From positions 1-24,999 of IMG/VR virus record IMGVR_UViG_3300038673_000096: a DNA stretch of 24,999 nucleotides. The stretch is one strand, 5' to 3'. Numbering within the stretch: the first letter of the stretch is position 1; each line of letters starts with the position of its first letter. The notes beneath the pieces are model-generated. The model was not told the DNA's origin. It searched no databases and saw only the letters and a program-made list of their open reading frames with translations. A program made the position numbers and the translations under genes. Positions 16,964 to 24,999 of the stretch are shown piece by piece. This DNA is from a virus (taxonomy: Duplodnaviria > Caudoviricetes).

Positions 16964-18345
16964 GTAAACCGTGGGAGGAATATCAGGAGCAGGGACAAGG
17001 CCCGTGGAGTGAGTTCCAGGGCAATGAGGCAGGAGAACAGCCCCCCTCGGCCCCTGCCAATGAAGGGCCTATCTCATTTAAAGACGCTCTTGTCCAAGGG
17101 GCTAAGAATATCCCTACTAACCTAGTAGATACAGGGATGCAGATGATAAACCCCTTGCTCCATCCGATTGATACCGCAAAAGGGCTATACAATGTTGCTT
17201 CCGGTGGAGTGCAGAAGCTTATCCCCGGTGAACATGGGAACGAACAATACGCCGATGCCGTAGGGCAGATGTTCAAGGATCGGTATGGCTCATGGGACAA
17301 TTTCAAGAAGACTTTAGCCAAAGACCCGACAGGAATTATGATGGATTTAAGCACCGTTTTCGGGGGGAGCGGGGCGGCATTAAAAGCGGTTAGCCTTATG
17401 GGGAAGTTAGAGAAGACCGCTAAAGTCTCAAGTGCATTACTCAAAGCATCAAAATACACTGACCCTGTTGCTCTTGCGGGTAAAGCCGGAGCGCCCCTAG
17501 AACGAGTGATAAGAAATAAGACTTCACAGTATGCCCCAACGCTTTACGAGAGTGCGCTTAAAATACCTCCTGCTATCCCTAACGATATACGAGAACAAGC
17601 AGTCAGGACAGGCATTGAGGGGGGGTACCTTCCTACCGAAAAGGGGTTGGCAAAACTTCAAAGAGATATAGGCGGCGTCAATGCTGAAATAGCGCGAACT
17701 ATCAAAGATGGGGCTAACTTGGGAAGTGTTGTTGATATGAATAACGTGGTCACGAGGATTGACCAGTTGAAAGAATTTTACAAGGACTACCCACGGGCAA
17801 AAAAATACCTCGAAGAACTCGACAATATCAAAAATGATGTGTTGGGAGAGAACCCCGGAACGGTATCCCTTGATAAAGCACAGCGCATGAAACAACGTGT
17901 CTATGCCATTAATAGAAAACACTATGGGGAAATGAAAAGCGTTGAAGTTGAAGCGGATAAGGCCCTTGCGCGAGGACTCAAGGAAGAAATAGTCAACCAA
18001 TTTCCCGTTTTAGGGAAGCTGAACGCGAAAGACTCCGCTCTTATCAACCTTGAGGAAGTCCTTGAACGGGCAGTTAATCGGACACGGAATTATGACATCC
18101 TCCGTATGGGTGACACTATCATGAGTGTTGCCGGGGCTACGGCAGGAGGCCCCGTAGGGATGGGAGCGGCATTTATCGCAAAAAGGATTATCGAATCCCC
18201 TACCGTTAAGGCAAAAGTCGCCATTGCGCTGAATAAAGCCAGTAAAAAGGCTACTTTTGCAGAACGGTCAGCGTTAAAGACCCCACTTCACGACATAGTG
18301 TTTCAATTAGGTCGGGCGAAGGATTACACGGGGAGTTATGAATAA
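16960..18345 (+). CDS. Internal virion / ejection protein 3
   Basis: Start ATG 16960 (ATGA overlap). N-terminal repeat KPWEEYQ/GPWSEFQ, helical body, Gly/Ala-rich membrane-like segments. Confidence 0.65.
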   Translation: MSKPWEEYQEQGQGPWSEFQGNEAGEQPPSAPANEGPISFKDALVQGAKNIPTNLVDTGMQMINPLLHPIDTAKGLYNVASGGVQKLIPGEHGNEQYADAVGQMFKDRYGSWDNFKKTLAKDPTGIMMDLSTVFGGSGAALKAVSLMGKLEKTAKVSSALLKASKYTDPVALAGKAGAPLERVIRNKTSQYAPTLYESALKIPPAIPNDIREQAVRTGIEGGYLPTEKGLAKLQRDIGGVNAEIARTIKDGANLGSVVDMNNVVTRIDQLKEFYKDYPRAKKYLEELDNIKNDVLGENPGTVSLDKAQRMKQRVYAINRKHYGEMKSVEVEADKALARGLKEEIVNQFPVLGKLNAKDSALINLEEVLERAVNRTRNYDILRMGDTIMSVAGATAGGPVGMGAAFIAKRIIESPTVKAKVAIALNKASKKATFAERSALKTPLHDIVFQLGRAKDYTGSYE

Positions 18346-18468
18346 TTACGTCCCTGTATACCATCCCAATAGTTTCCATAGGATAACGCCTACAATTATT
18401 GCTATGCCGACAAAATGTGAAAATCCCATGAGGACGAGGCCGATTCCAATAAGAGCTAGTAATATCAT
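18346..18468 (-). CDS. 40-aa antisense membrane protein (moron / superinfection-exclusion candidate)
   Basis: Manual translation gives MILLALIGIGLVLMGFSHFVGIAIIVGVILWKLLGWYTGT*. It fills the intergenic gap, with its stop abutting the stop of the upstream + gene. Below the ORF-track length cutoff. Confidence 0.65.
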   Translation of the reverse strand: MILLALIGIGLVLMGFSHFVGIAIIVGVILWKLLGWYTGT

Positions 18469-18474
18469 ATTTTT

Positions 18475-18503
18475 TGTATACAACCATACCACTAAAAAGT
18501 CAA
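18475..18503 (-). promoter_or_regulatory. Sigma70-like promoter, probably leaderless
   Basis: Minus strand TTGACT-17 nt-TATACA, then 6 nt to ATG 18468. No SD present. Confidence 0.5.
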
Positions 18504-18512
18504 GGAGGTAGT

Positions 18513-18881
18513 ATGAAAAAGTTTATCATTGTCGCTTTTGTTCTGTGTGCAGTCCTTCTCTCCGTCTTCCCATCTTTTGCAGGGCCAACTTACTATTCCC
18601 GGTCGAGCGGCCTTCAAACCGCCGATGCAGCCATTACCACAGCAGGCGGGTATATGACGGGCGTTGCCATTGTCACCGATGGGACGAATGATGCAACGGT
18701 AGTCGTCTACGACAATGAGGCATCAGCCGCAGGGACAGTGCTTTTTAAAGGAAAGGTCTCAGGGGCAAGTAACCTTGGTGGGGCTACGTTTGAAATCCCC
18801 ATCCAGTACGATGACGGTATTTATGTCGATGTTACCGGGACAGGCGCCGCGTATATCGTTTACTACCAGATAGGATATTAG
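18513..18881 (+). CDS. Signal-peptide-bearing small beta-sandwich protein (decoration-like)
   Basis: SD AAGGAGGT with ATG 18513 (track start 18474). Signal peptide MKKFIIVAFVLCAVLLSVFPSFA; all-beta mature region. Confidence 0.75.
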   Translation: MKKFIIVAFVLCAVLLSVFPSFAGPTYYSRSSGLQTADAAITTAGGYMTGVAIVTDGTNDATVVVYDNEASAAGTVLFKGKVSGASNLGGATFEIPIQYDDGIYVDVTGTGAAYIVYYQIGY

Positions 18882-18892
18882 GAGGGGCTATA

Positions 18893-20356
18893 ATGAGGAA
18901 ACTTTTACTTGTATGTCTTATTTGCCTTATCCCGTTTCTTTCCTACGGGGGGATGATAGGAAGTGGGGGGGGAGGCGGAGGCACCGCAACCGCCGTTACC
19001 CTCGCCAATGAAGCGACCGACACCACTTGTTTTCCTCTCTTTGGCACAGCCGCTACGGGTGACTTGGGGCCTAAAACCAACGCGGGGTTAACCTTTAACT
19101 CCAGTACAGGGTCATTAGGCGCGACCATTCTAACCGCCGGGGGAGCCGCACTCGCCGGGGGGACAAACACATTCTCCCTGACCAATGGGACAGCCTCGTT
19201 GTCAGTGGCGGCGGGGAAGGTAGTTAATTTCTCCGGCACCTTTACCGATGGAAGATATTGCACCTATACTGCCAGTGGAAACGTGATCGCCTGTGACTCA
19301 ACCGGGGCGGCTCACGATGCTCTTACCCTTGGGGCAACCGCTACCTCTATCCTTGGTCTTACCACACAGGAGTTGGGTTTTGATACTCAGACAGCCAACT
19401 ATGTCCTTGCCGGTCCTACCAGTGGCGCAGCAGCAGCCCCTACCTTCCGGGCATTGGTAGCCGCAGACCTCCCGACCAACACGAAGGCTATAGAAGGTCT
19501 TACCTTTGCTGACAAGTCCATTATCCAGCTTACCGGGGCGGGAGCAGGGGCGGTTCTTACCTGTTCGGCGGCAAATCAGCTTATTGGGGTGAATGCGGCC
19601 AATGATGCTCTTGAGTGCAAATCCACCATCAATGTCACCCTGGACGATAGCGCGGCACAGATAGTCGATGCCACGGATGCCACAAAGAAGATTCAAATTG
19701 AGGCGGGGTCAATCACCACAGGGAACACCCGGACGCTGACTATGGCAGACGGCAACGTGACCCTTCAGACAGGTACACTTACCGCACGGGATACCACGGA
19801 TACCTTGACCAATAAGACCTACGATGTGGCCGGCACGGGGAACGTGTTTGGGGCATGGGGGTATATCGTCCTTACTCATCCTCACTTATGCGCTTCCGGG
19901 GCTCCCATGCAAACGACCAGCACAGCCAATACCTACGGACAATGCAAGTACGGCAACGCCACGGATAAGGCCACAAACTACGCTGAATACTACCTTGTGG
20001 TGCCTCCTGATATCGATACCAACACCGACCTCACCGCGACCTTTAAGATCAAATTAGGTGGAGCCGACACGGGAGACCATGAATACGAAATCTCCTTTGA
20101 CAGTGTGGCAGATAGTGCAGCCTATGCGGGAACATTGGGAGACCCAATATCTCTCGCCTTCACCGCCGATGCTTCAGGCGCAGAGAATGACGTAGAGACC
20201 GCAGGGGAAACGACCTTGACAGGGTGGAGGTCGGCCATGACAGCCGGACAGTTATTCGTTGTCAGGGTGGCACGGGACGGAGACCATGCGAATGACGGGT
20301 CAACAGTAGACAGCTATTCCGGCCCATTGGTTATCAAGTACAAACTCACTCAGTAA
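18893..20356 (+). CDS. Signal-peptide-bearing fibre-like protein
   Basis: Signal peptide MRKLLLVCLICLIPFLSYG. T/G/A-rich shaft with phage fibre-type motifs ANYVLAGPTSGAAAAPTFRALVAADLP and DTTDTLTNKT, and a C-terminal globular domain. Confidence 0.75.
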   Translation: MRKLLLVCLICLIPFLSYGGMIGSGGGGGGTATAVTLANEATDTTCFPLFGTAATGDLGPKTNAGLTFNSSTGSLGATILTAGGAALAGGTNTFSLTNGTASLSVAAGKVVNFSGTFTDGRYCTYTASGNVIACDSTGAAHDALTLGATATSILGLTTQELGFDTQTANYVLAGPTSGAAAAPTFRALVAADLPTNTKAIEGLTFADKSIIQLTGAGAGAVLTCSAANQLIGVNAANDALECKSTINVTLDDSAAQIVDATDATKKIQIEAGSITTGNTRTLTMADGNVTLQTGTLTARDTTDTLTNKTYDVAGTGNVFGAWGYIVLTHPHLCASGAPMQTTSTANTYGQCKYGNATDKATNYAEYYLVVPPDIDTNTDLTATFKIKLGGADTGDHEYEISFDSVADSAAYAGTLGDPISLAFTADASGAENDVETAGETTLTGWRSAMTAGQLFVVRVARDGDHANDGSTVDSYSGPLVIKYKLTQ

Positions 20357-20366
20357 GGGGGGTCAC

Positions 20367-21110
20367 ATGAAAAAGATACTCCTGGCTTTTATCATCCTCC
20401 TTATCGGGATTAACGCCCATGCCTTTACCACAGTAAGCGGAAGGCCATACCCGGGTGGGGCGGCGGCTTCCTCTTGCCCTTCCGGCACATATAAATTCGC
20501 ATGGAACGGTGATTATTCCGGCGACACCGACAAGGGCTGTTTTAACTCTGGTGGCTCCACAAAAGACGGCACTCAGACCAACGGAACGATAGGTGCCTCT
20601 TATGGTCAGTCAGGTAATGGGTTCCGAAAGACCGCGAACGATCAGAATATCAAATGGGCTGTTTCTTCTGACGATGGGTTTGACGATGAAGTAGGTTCCC
20701 TCTATGTGTCAGCGAAAATCACGGATGACGGGACGAACACGGAAATCGTCCTCTTTGAAGCTGGCGGGGATGCAAGTAACTACTTCAAACTGGCAATAAC
20801 GGCCGACAGGCACTTGATTTGCGCCCATCGGACAGGAGGAAGCACAACAACGGCATCATCCACCGATACGATCACGGAAGGCTCTTTCGTGCGCCTCGGT
20901 TGTGCATGGAACGCAGCAACAGACAAGGTAAGCGTCAAGGTTGGTGCCGGGACATGGAAAGATAATGAATCCGGTACAGTGAGCCCATCCGGTACAGCTT
21001 TTACCACAATCGGCATTGGTGAATCTTTGCTCGGCGGTACTGAAAATGACACCACCGACATTGATGATGTGTTCGTGATTGGAACCTACGAGGGCACAGA
21101 TCCGCTCTAG
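20367..21110 (+). CDS. Signal-peptide-bearing ConA/LamG-like lectin-fold protein
   Basis: Signal peptide MKKILLAFIILLIGINAHA. The strand pattern GSLYVSAK / FVRLGCAWN / IDDVFVI is LamG-like. Confidence 0.65.
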   Translation: MKKILLAFIILLIGINAHAFTTVSGRPYPGGAAASSCPSGTYKFAWNGDYSGDTDKGCFNSGGSTKDGTQTNGTIGASYGQSGNGFRKTANDQNIKWAVSSDDGFDDEVGSLYVSAKITDDGTNTEIVLFEAGGDASNYFKLAITADRHLICAHRTGGSTTTASSTDTITEGSFVRLGCAWNAATDKVSVKVGAGTWKDNESGTVSPSGTAFTTIGIGESLLGGTENDTTDIDDVFVIGTYEGTDPL

Positions 21111-21125
21111 GTTCAAGGGGGTAGT

Positions 21126-22580
21126 ATGAAGAAAGCAGCACTGGCAATTTTATTTTGTTTCCTTGCAATACCTTTATGGGCAGTAACCAACATTTCCAGC
21201 CTTCCTCAAACCCTTTCGATTCCCGGAGAAACCTATCAACTCACCGGGAACCTTACCTGCAACACGGGGACGGCTATCACTGTAGGGGCTAACGGGGTAG
21301 TTATTGATGGGAAGGGGTACACGCTTAATTTCGCTCAGACAGGGGGCGGTACGGGGATAGACGTAGCGGGGTATGACAATGTGGAGATTAAAAACTTTAC
21401 CTTTTCCACGGCATATACCTCCAACTCGACCGGGGCTTATGTTAAGCACATTGAATTGGGCGCGTCTGCTTCGGCTGCTTCTCCCAATATCCACGACAAC
21501 ACGTTTAACGTCCTTGGGCGACAGGTCTATGATCCTACGGGGTCGAATATCTATGACCGGGACCGGGGCATAGAGGGGACTACCGCCACAAACGCCACAA
21601 TCACGAATAACACCTTCGCCCAGTCTGGAGTTGACCGGGGGGTTTCCATTCTGGTAGAAGGGGGACCGTGGTCAATCACCCATAACACCTTTACCTGTAC
21701 CTCTTGTACGGTGACGACCTCTTACCCCTTTTTCATCAAGATAGCGGAGACCTCTTCCGATGCTATCAGCATCAACAATAACACCTTCACGGTCGATTCA
21801 AACTCAACCCATGTCTACCCCATCAACGGTTGGAATGTAGTCGCGGCGGTAACAGTCTCGAACAATACCATTACTCATTCAGGCACACATGGGAGGATGA
21901 TTAACCCGGACAACGCCTCTTCAGGATGGATCATTCAGGACAATACCATTACGATGAATGGCGCGGGGCCCGGGAACCTCTACGGGTTACGGTAGAGGAA
22001 CGCCAACTATTCAGGGGGGAATTGTGGGGGGAATCACACGATACAGTACAACACGGTAGACTGTTCGGGGTACACAGGATCGGGAACGTGCAACCCTCTC
22101 TCCATCGGCGGGTATCCTGATGCATCAAACCCTTGCTACCAGACAGACGTAAAGTATAACTATTTTAAGGCAGTCACCGGGGCGGTTTCCTTCTACCAGT
22201 CTGACACGCCGGGGACATTGAACGCCACAGACCAGGACATTTACTGCAACAAAATAGAGGCCACATCGGGCTATCCGGTAGTGATAGCCAACGCAGCCAA
22301 TGAACTCACGGACATTAAATTCAGCCACAACCTTTTAATAGGAGGGTCAGGCGGCAAGAACGTATCTACAGGGGTGGCATGGTCCACAGCGGTTGACTTC
22401 TGCGGGGGTACGGCCCCGACAGTCACTACAGGGAGTGTGAACGTATCAGAAGCGCCCTGTCAGGATGGGGCGACAGAATGCTACTCCACGGCAGGGGTAC
22501 GGGCCTCTCATGCAGCGGTAACATTAGGCTCAGGGGCAGCGTGTACGCTAGGAACTGGGGCGGTAGCGACACTTTACTAA
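21126..22580 (+). CDS. Signal-peptide-bearing right-handed beta-helix protein (tailspike/pectin-lyase-like), interrupted by an in-frame TAG at 21993-21995
   Basis: Signal peptide MKKAALAILFCFLAIPLWA, N-cap ITVGANGVVIDGKGYTL, repeated I..NTF/I turns. The frame stays open after TAG to TAA 22580 with the same repeats (HTIQYNTV, DVKYNYF, DIYCNKI). This joins track ORFs 21126..21995 and 22218..22580. Confidence 0.8.
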
Positions 22581-22584
22581 GGGA

Positions 22585-22648
22585 AGCGGCCACGGGCAGG
22601 ATGTCGCAACCATCCTCCTGAAGGGTAACAGGTCAGCCCACGACCGCC
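22585..22648 (-). ncRNA. Candidate three-way-junction structured RNA
   Basis: Minus strand: 12-bp closing stem GCGGUCGUGGGC/GCCCGUGGCCGC (3 G-U pairs) enclosing hairpins CCUG-UUACCCUU-CAGG and AGGAUG-GUUGCGA-CAUCCU. Confidence 0.55.
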
Positions 22649-22681
22649 AATGATAGATAACACATTCAAAAAGGGGGCGCA

Positions 22682-22924
22682 ATGGATATCGGAACAGGAA
22701 TCAGCATAGTTGGAGTGGCAATACCAGCCGCAGCCGTTGTTATAACTGTTGTTAAAACAAAATCAAATGGGAAATCAAATTCAACCGTGTACCTTGAATG
22801 TGCCAAACACTCAGGCATTGAGGAAATGCTGAAAGCCCTGAAAGAAGGGCAGGACGAGATAAAAGAGAACATCAAGGGAATATTTGAGAGGCTTAACAAC
22901 TTCAAAGGTCGGGGTGAGCCATGA
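22682..22924 (+). CDS. Single-TM coiled-coil protein (holin/XhlA-like candidate)
   Basis: N-terminal hydrophobic helix followed by a coiled coil; starts the lysis-like block. Confidence 0.55.
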   Translation: MDIGTGISIVGVAIPAAAVVITVVKTKSNGKSNSTVYLECAKHSGIEEMLKALKEGQDEIKENIKGIFERLNNFKGRGEP

Positions 22925-23103
22925 CGGAGTTTCGTCCGATGGTAAAGATATGCAGCGTTTGCGGCTGTGTCCAGAGATACAACCGGGGCGATAACCTGCC
23001 CCATTGGGGAAAGTGGACACCAGAGGAAAAACAGGAAGCCGACAGGCTCGGCTACAACACCCATCATACAATCTGCCCTGATTGCAGACAGAACAGGGGG
23101 TGA
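22921..23103 (+). CDS. Small Zn-binding protein
   Basis: CSVCGC ... HTICPDC; ATGA coupling. Confidence 0.6.
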   Translation: MTEFRPMVKICSVCGCVQRYNRGDNLPHWGKWTPEEKQEADRLGYNTHHTICPDCRQNRG

Positions 23104-23112
23104 CTTACGAGA

Positions 23113-23892
23113 GTGAAGCGGAAGCGCATCCTTGTGATAGGCGACCTCCATTGTGGGCATTTGGCTGGTCTTACCCCTCCACGGTATCAATCGTGCGATG
23201 GTACTCTGTGGGCTACGTCTCAGCGCGAGGCATGGGCATGGTACGCGGACAGACTCAAGCAGTATCGCCCCTTTGACCTAGTCATCTGCAACGGTGATGC
23301 TATCGCGGGGAAGAACCCCAAAAACGGCGGCACGCAGCTTTTGACATCTGACAGGAGAGAACAGGTAAAGATTGCCCTTGAGTGCCTTAAAGAGACGAAA
23401 GCGAAGCGGTTCAGGCTCACCCACGGCACGCCATACCATACTGGCAATAGCGAAGATTGGGAAGATACGTTGTGTGACAATCTCAAGGGGGAAGGATACG
23501 ACGCAGAAATAAGAGACCAGCTATTCCTTGATGTCAACGGGGTCATTGTCAATGCAAAACACGAGATGGGGAATTCAGCGCAGAAAAGGCTTCGGGGAAC
23601 TCCTTTATTATCAGAGGGTTTGTACAACGACCAATGGGAAGGAATTCAACCTCGTGCAGATGTCATCTTACGGTCTCACGTCCATTGGGGGCTACACATT
23701 GAAGACGGCAAGCGACATTGGGTAGCGGTCCCGGCGCTCTGCACTCTGGGGGATAAATTCGGCGCCCGAAGATGCAAAGGGACTGTAGATTTCGGCTTTG
23801 TGGTACTGGACATATCGGGCGAGGGTAAAGTGACGGTACACTCCGAAAAGGAAATGCTGGCAAGCCAACCAGTCACGGTAGAGACGATATGA
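23113..23892 (+). CDS. Calcineurin-like metallophosphoesterase
   Basis: Motifs GDLHCGH, CNGDAIAG, HGTPYH (in place of GNH), AKHE and RSHVH. Confidence 0.85.
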   Translation: MKRKRILVIGDLHCGHLAGLTPPRYQSCDGTLWATSQREAWAWYADRLKQYRPFDLVICNGDAIAGKNPKNGGTQLLTSDRREQVKIALECLKETKAKRFRLTHGTPYHTGNSEDWEDTLCDNLKGEGYDAEIRDQLFLDVNGVIVNAKHEMGNSAQKRLRGTPLLSEGLYNDQWEGIQPRADVILRSHVHWGLHIEDGKRHWVAVPALCTLGDKFGARRCKGTVDFGFVVLDISGEGKVTVHSEKEMLASQPVTVETI

Positions 23893-24173
23893 TAACCGCT
23901 GTGAGCTTAGCCGATCTTCCCAAAATTGAACGTCCATCGTGCCCTGAATGCGGCAGTGGTTATATCGTATCCAACGGTATTTCATGGGCGTGTGGGGATT
24001 GCGGTAGACAGTGGGTGAAGAATCCCCGACCTGTCGAAACGAAGGAGTTTCCCGACCGGCCTCCCTGCCCAAGATGTGGACAGTACAGAGCAACGGGTAA
24101 GGGGCATCGTTGGCAATGCGGTAATTGCGGAAAAACGTATAGTAAGGGATGTTTTAAGGAGGAAGCAAGATGA
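23889..24173 (+). CDS. Tandem Zn-ribbon protein
   Basis: Two repeats: RPSCPECG..WACGDCGR and RPPCPRCG..WQCGNCGK. Confidence 0.75.
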   Translation: MITAVSLADLPKIERPSCPECGSGYIVSNGISWACGDCGRQWVKNPRPVETKEFPDRPPCPRCGQYRATGKGHRWQCGNCGKTYSKGCFKEEAR

Positions 24174-24532
24174 AAAAGCTGATTTACGGACTTTGGATTG
24201 TAATTCTGCTCATTGGACTATTGGTCATTGTCTCAGGATGCGCTTCAACCGGGACGACATGGAATGAGGCAGCGAACAGGGCTCACACCATCAACGGTGT
24301 GGTTATTCAGACAGCACAAGACCTGTTGCCGGTTGCTCAGGTGTGTCTAGCGCCCAATGACTATGCAGCCTTCAGCGCAGCCGTCGGCACGGCAGGCCTC
24401 TTACACACCCTGGCAGGACAGTCGATCATGGCAGGGGATGAAAAAGGGTACGAGGCGGCAAAGACCGACCTTGTGCCGGTGCTTGCGAAGATCGCGGCTT
24501 CGGTAGTGACGATACAGAAAGCGAAGGAATAA
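24170..24532 (+). CDS. Lipoprotein (spanin-like candidate)
   Basis: MKK, hydrophobic helix, lipobox VSGC; helical mature part. Confidence 0.65.
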   Translation: MKKLIYGLWIVILLIGLLVIVSGCASTGTTWNEAANRAHTINGVVIQTAQDLLPVAQVCLAPNDYAAFSAAVGTAGLLHTLAGQSIMAGDEKGYEAAKTDLVPVLAKIAASVVTIQKAKE

Positions 24533-24542
24533 GGAGGGTACT

Positions 24543-24761
24543 ATGCAAGAGAAATGGAGACTGGATAGGGTTACTTTAAGGAAGATCCTCAAGGGGATGT
24601 TGTACGCTGCGGCTCCGGCGGCGGCGATTGCGGCATTGAACTATATCGGGTCGATCAAGGTGAATGACCCTGTGTTGGCGTCGTTTGTCGCGTGGGGTGT
24701 GCCGGTGGCGATTAATGCGGTGAGAGAGTGGAGCAAGGGGGAGCGATCAATAAAAGTTTAA
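24543..24761 (+). CDS. Putative holin (2 hydrophobic segments)
   Basis: SD AAGGAGG; basic N-terminus, two apolar stretches, charged C-terminus. Confidence 0.55.
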   Translation: MQEKWRLDRVTLRKILKGMLYAAAPAAAIAALNYIGSIKVNDPVLASFVAWGVPVAINAVREWSKGERSIKV

Positions 24762-24999
24762 TATTCTGTCAAGCAGTTTTTTTATTTTGTCTGAAGTTGG
24801 GCGATTTTATAGGATTATTTCATTGCCGGGTGGATAGACTGGAAGACGATGGACGAGACGGAACGGCGGGAGCTGGCGACGGCTATGTCCCGCCGCTACG
24901 CCCCGCTCCTCCTCGCTAAGCCAATGTTGTGCGTTTTATTCCGCCACCCGTAGGGTTAATGCTCATACTCGTTTTTTCAATCCCTTATCAATCGCGTAC

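Noticed and set aside
18251-18487. 78-aa minus-strand ORF from the track
   Set aside because: It overlaps the ejection gene. A different minus frame (18346-18468) fits the gap exactly and has a promoter and coherent hydrophobic product.
22218-22580. Independent 120-aa gene
   Set aside because: It has a TTG start without a convincing SD and is the in-frame continuation of the beta-helix gene beyond the TAG.
22585-22648. tRNA (e.g. amber suppressor or tRNA-Pyl)
   Set aside because: It has only two internal arms, a 12-bp closing stem, and no CUA anticodon loop or CCA end.
2978-24592. Numerous minus-strand and nested ORFs in the track (e.g. 6876..7433, 9143..9748, 14145..14690, 22666..23190)
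   Set aside because: They are shadows of well-supported + strand genes and have no motifs or RBS.
1-24999. Genome-wide TAG reassignment (genetic code 15)
   Set aside because: Long genes are intact under code 11, only one internal TAG is evident, and TAG ends several genes directly before an RBS and an out-of-frame next start.
24728-24999. Coding gene or terminator at the right edge
   Set aside because: The short ORFs lack an RBS or motif. A minus-strand TTGACA near 24777-24782 has no good -10 at proper spacing, and the context is truncated.
1-24999. CRISPR array, rRNA, IS element, integrase
   Set aside because: No periodic short repeats, rRNA-like sequence, or transposase/recombinase motifs were seen.

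Overview
This window is the late (virion morphogenesis) region of a podovirus-type tailed phage or prophage, with almost all genes on the + strand. Gene order: partial HTH terminase-small-like gene, an intergenic region with a dif-like XerC/D site, an HTH/Zn-ribbon gene, terminase large subunit, portal, scaffold, major capsid protein, a two-domain glycosyltransferase translationally coupled into the head operon, adaptor and nozzle, a tail-fibre gene present as an apparently exact 981-bp tandem duplicate, a GNAT-like protein and three ejection proteins. These are followed by a small antisense membrane-protein gene, four consecutive fibre/adhesin-like genes that all carry Sec signal peptides (the last interrupted by one in-frame TAG), a candidate minus-strand structured RNA, and a lysis-like block containing a metallophosphoesterase. 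The most notable observations are the signal-peptide fibre cassette, the in-frame amber codon, the dif-like site, the capsid-linked glycosyltransferase and the exact gene duplication. Product calls rest on motif recognition and gene order only; no database searches were run.
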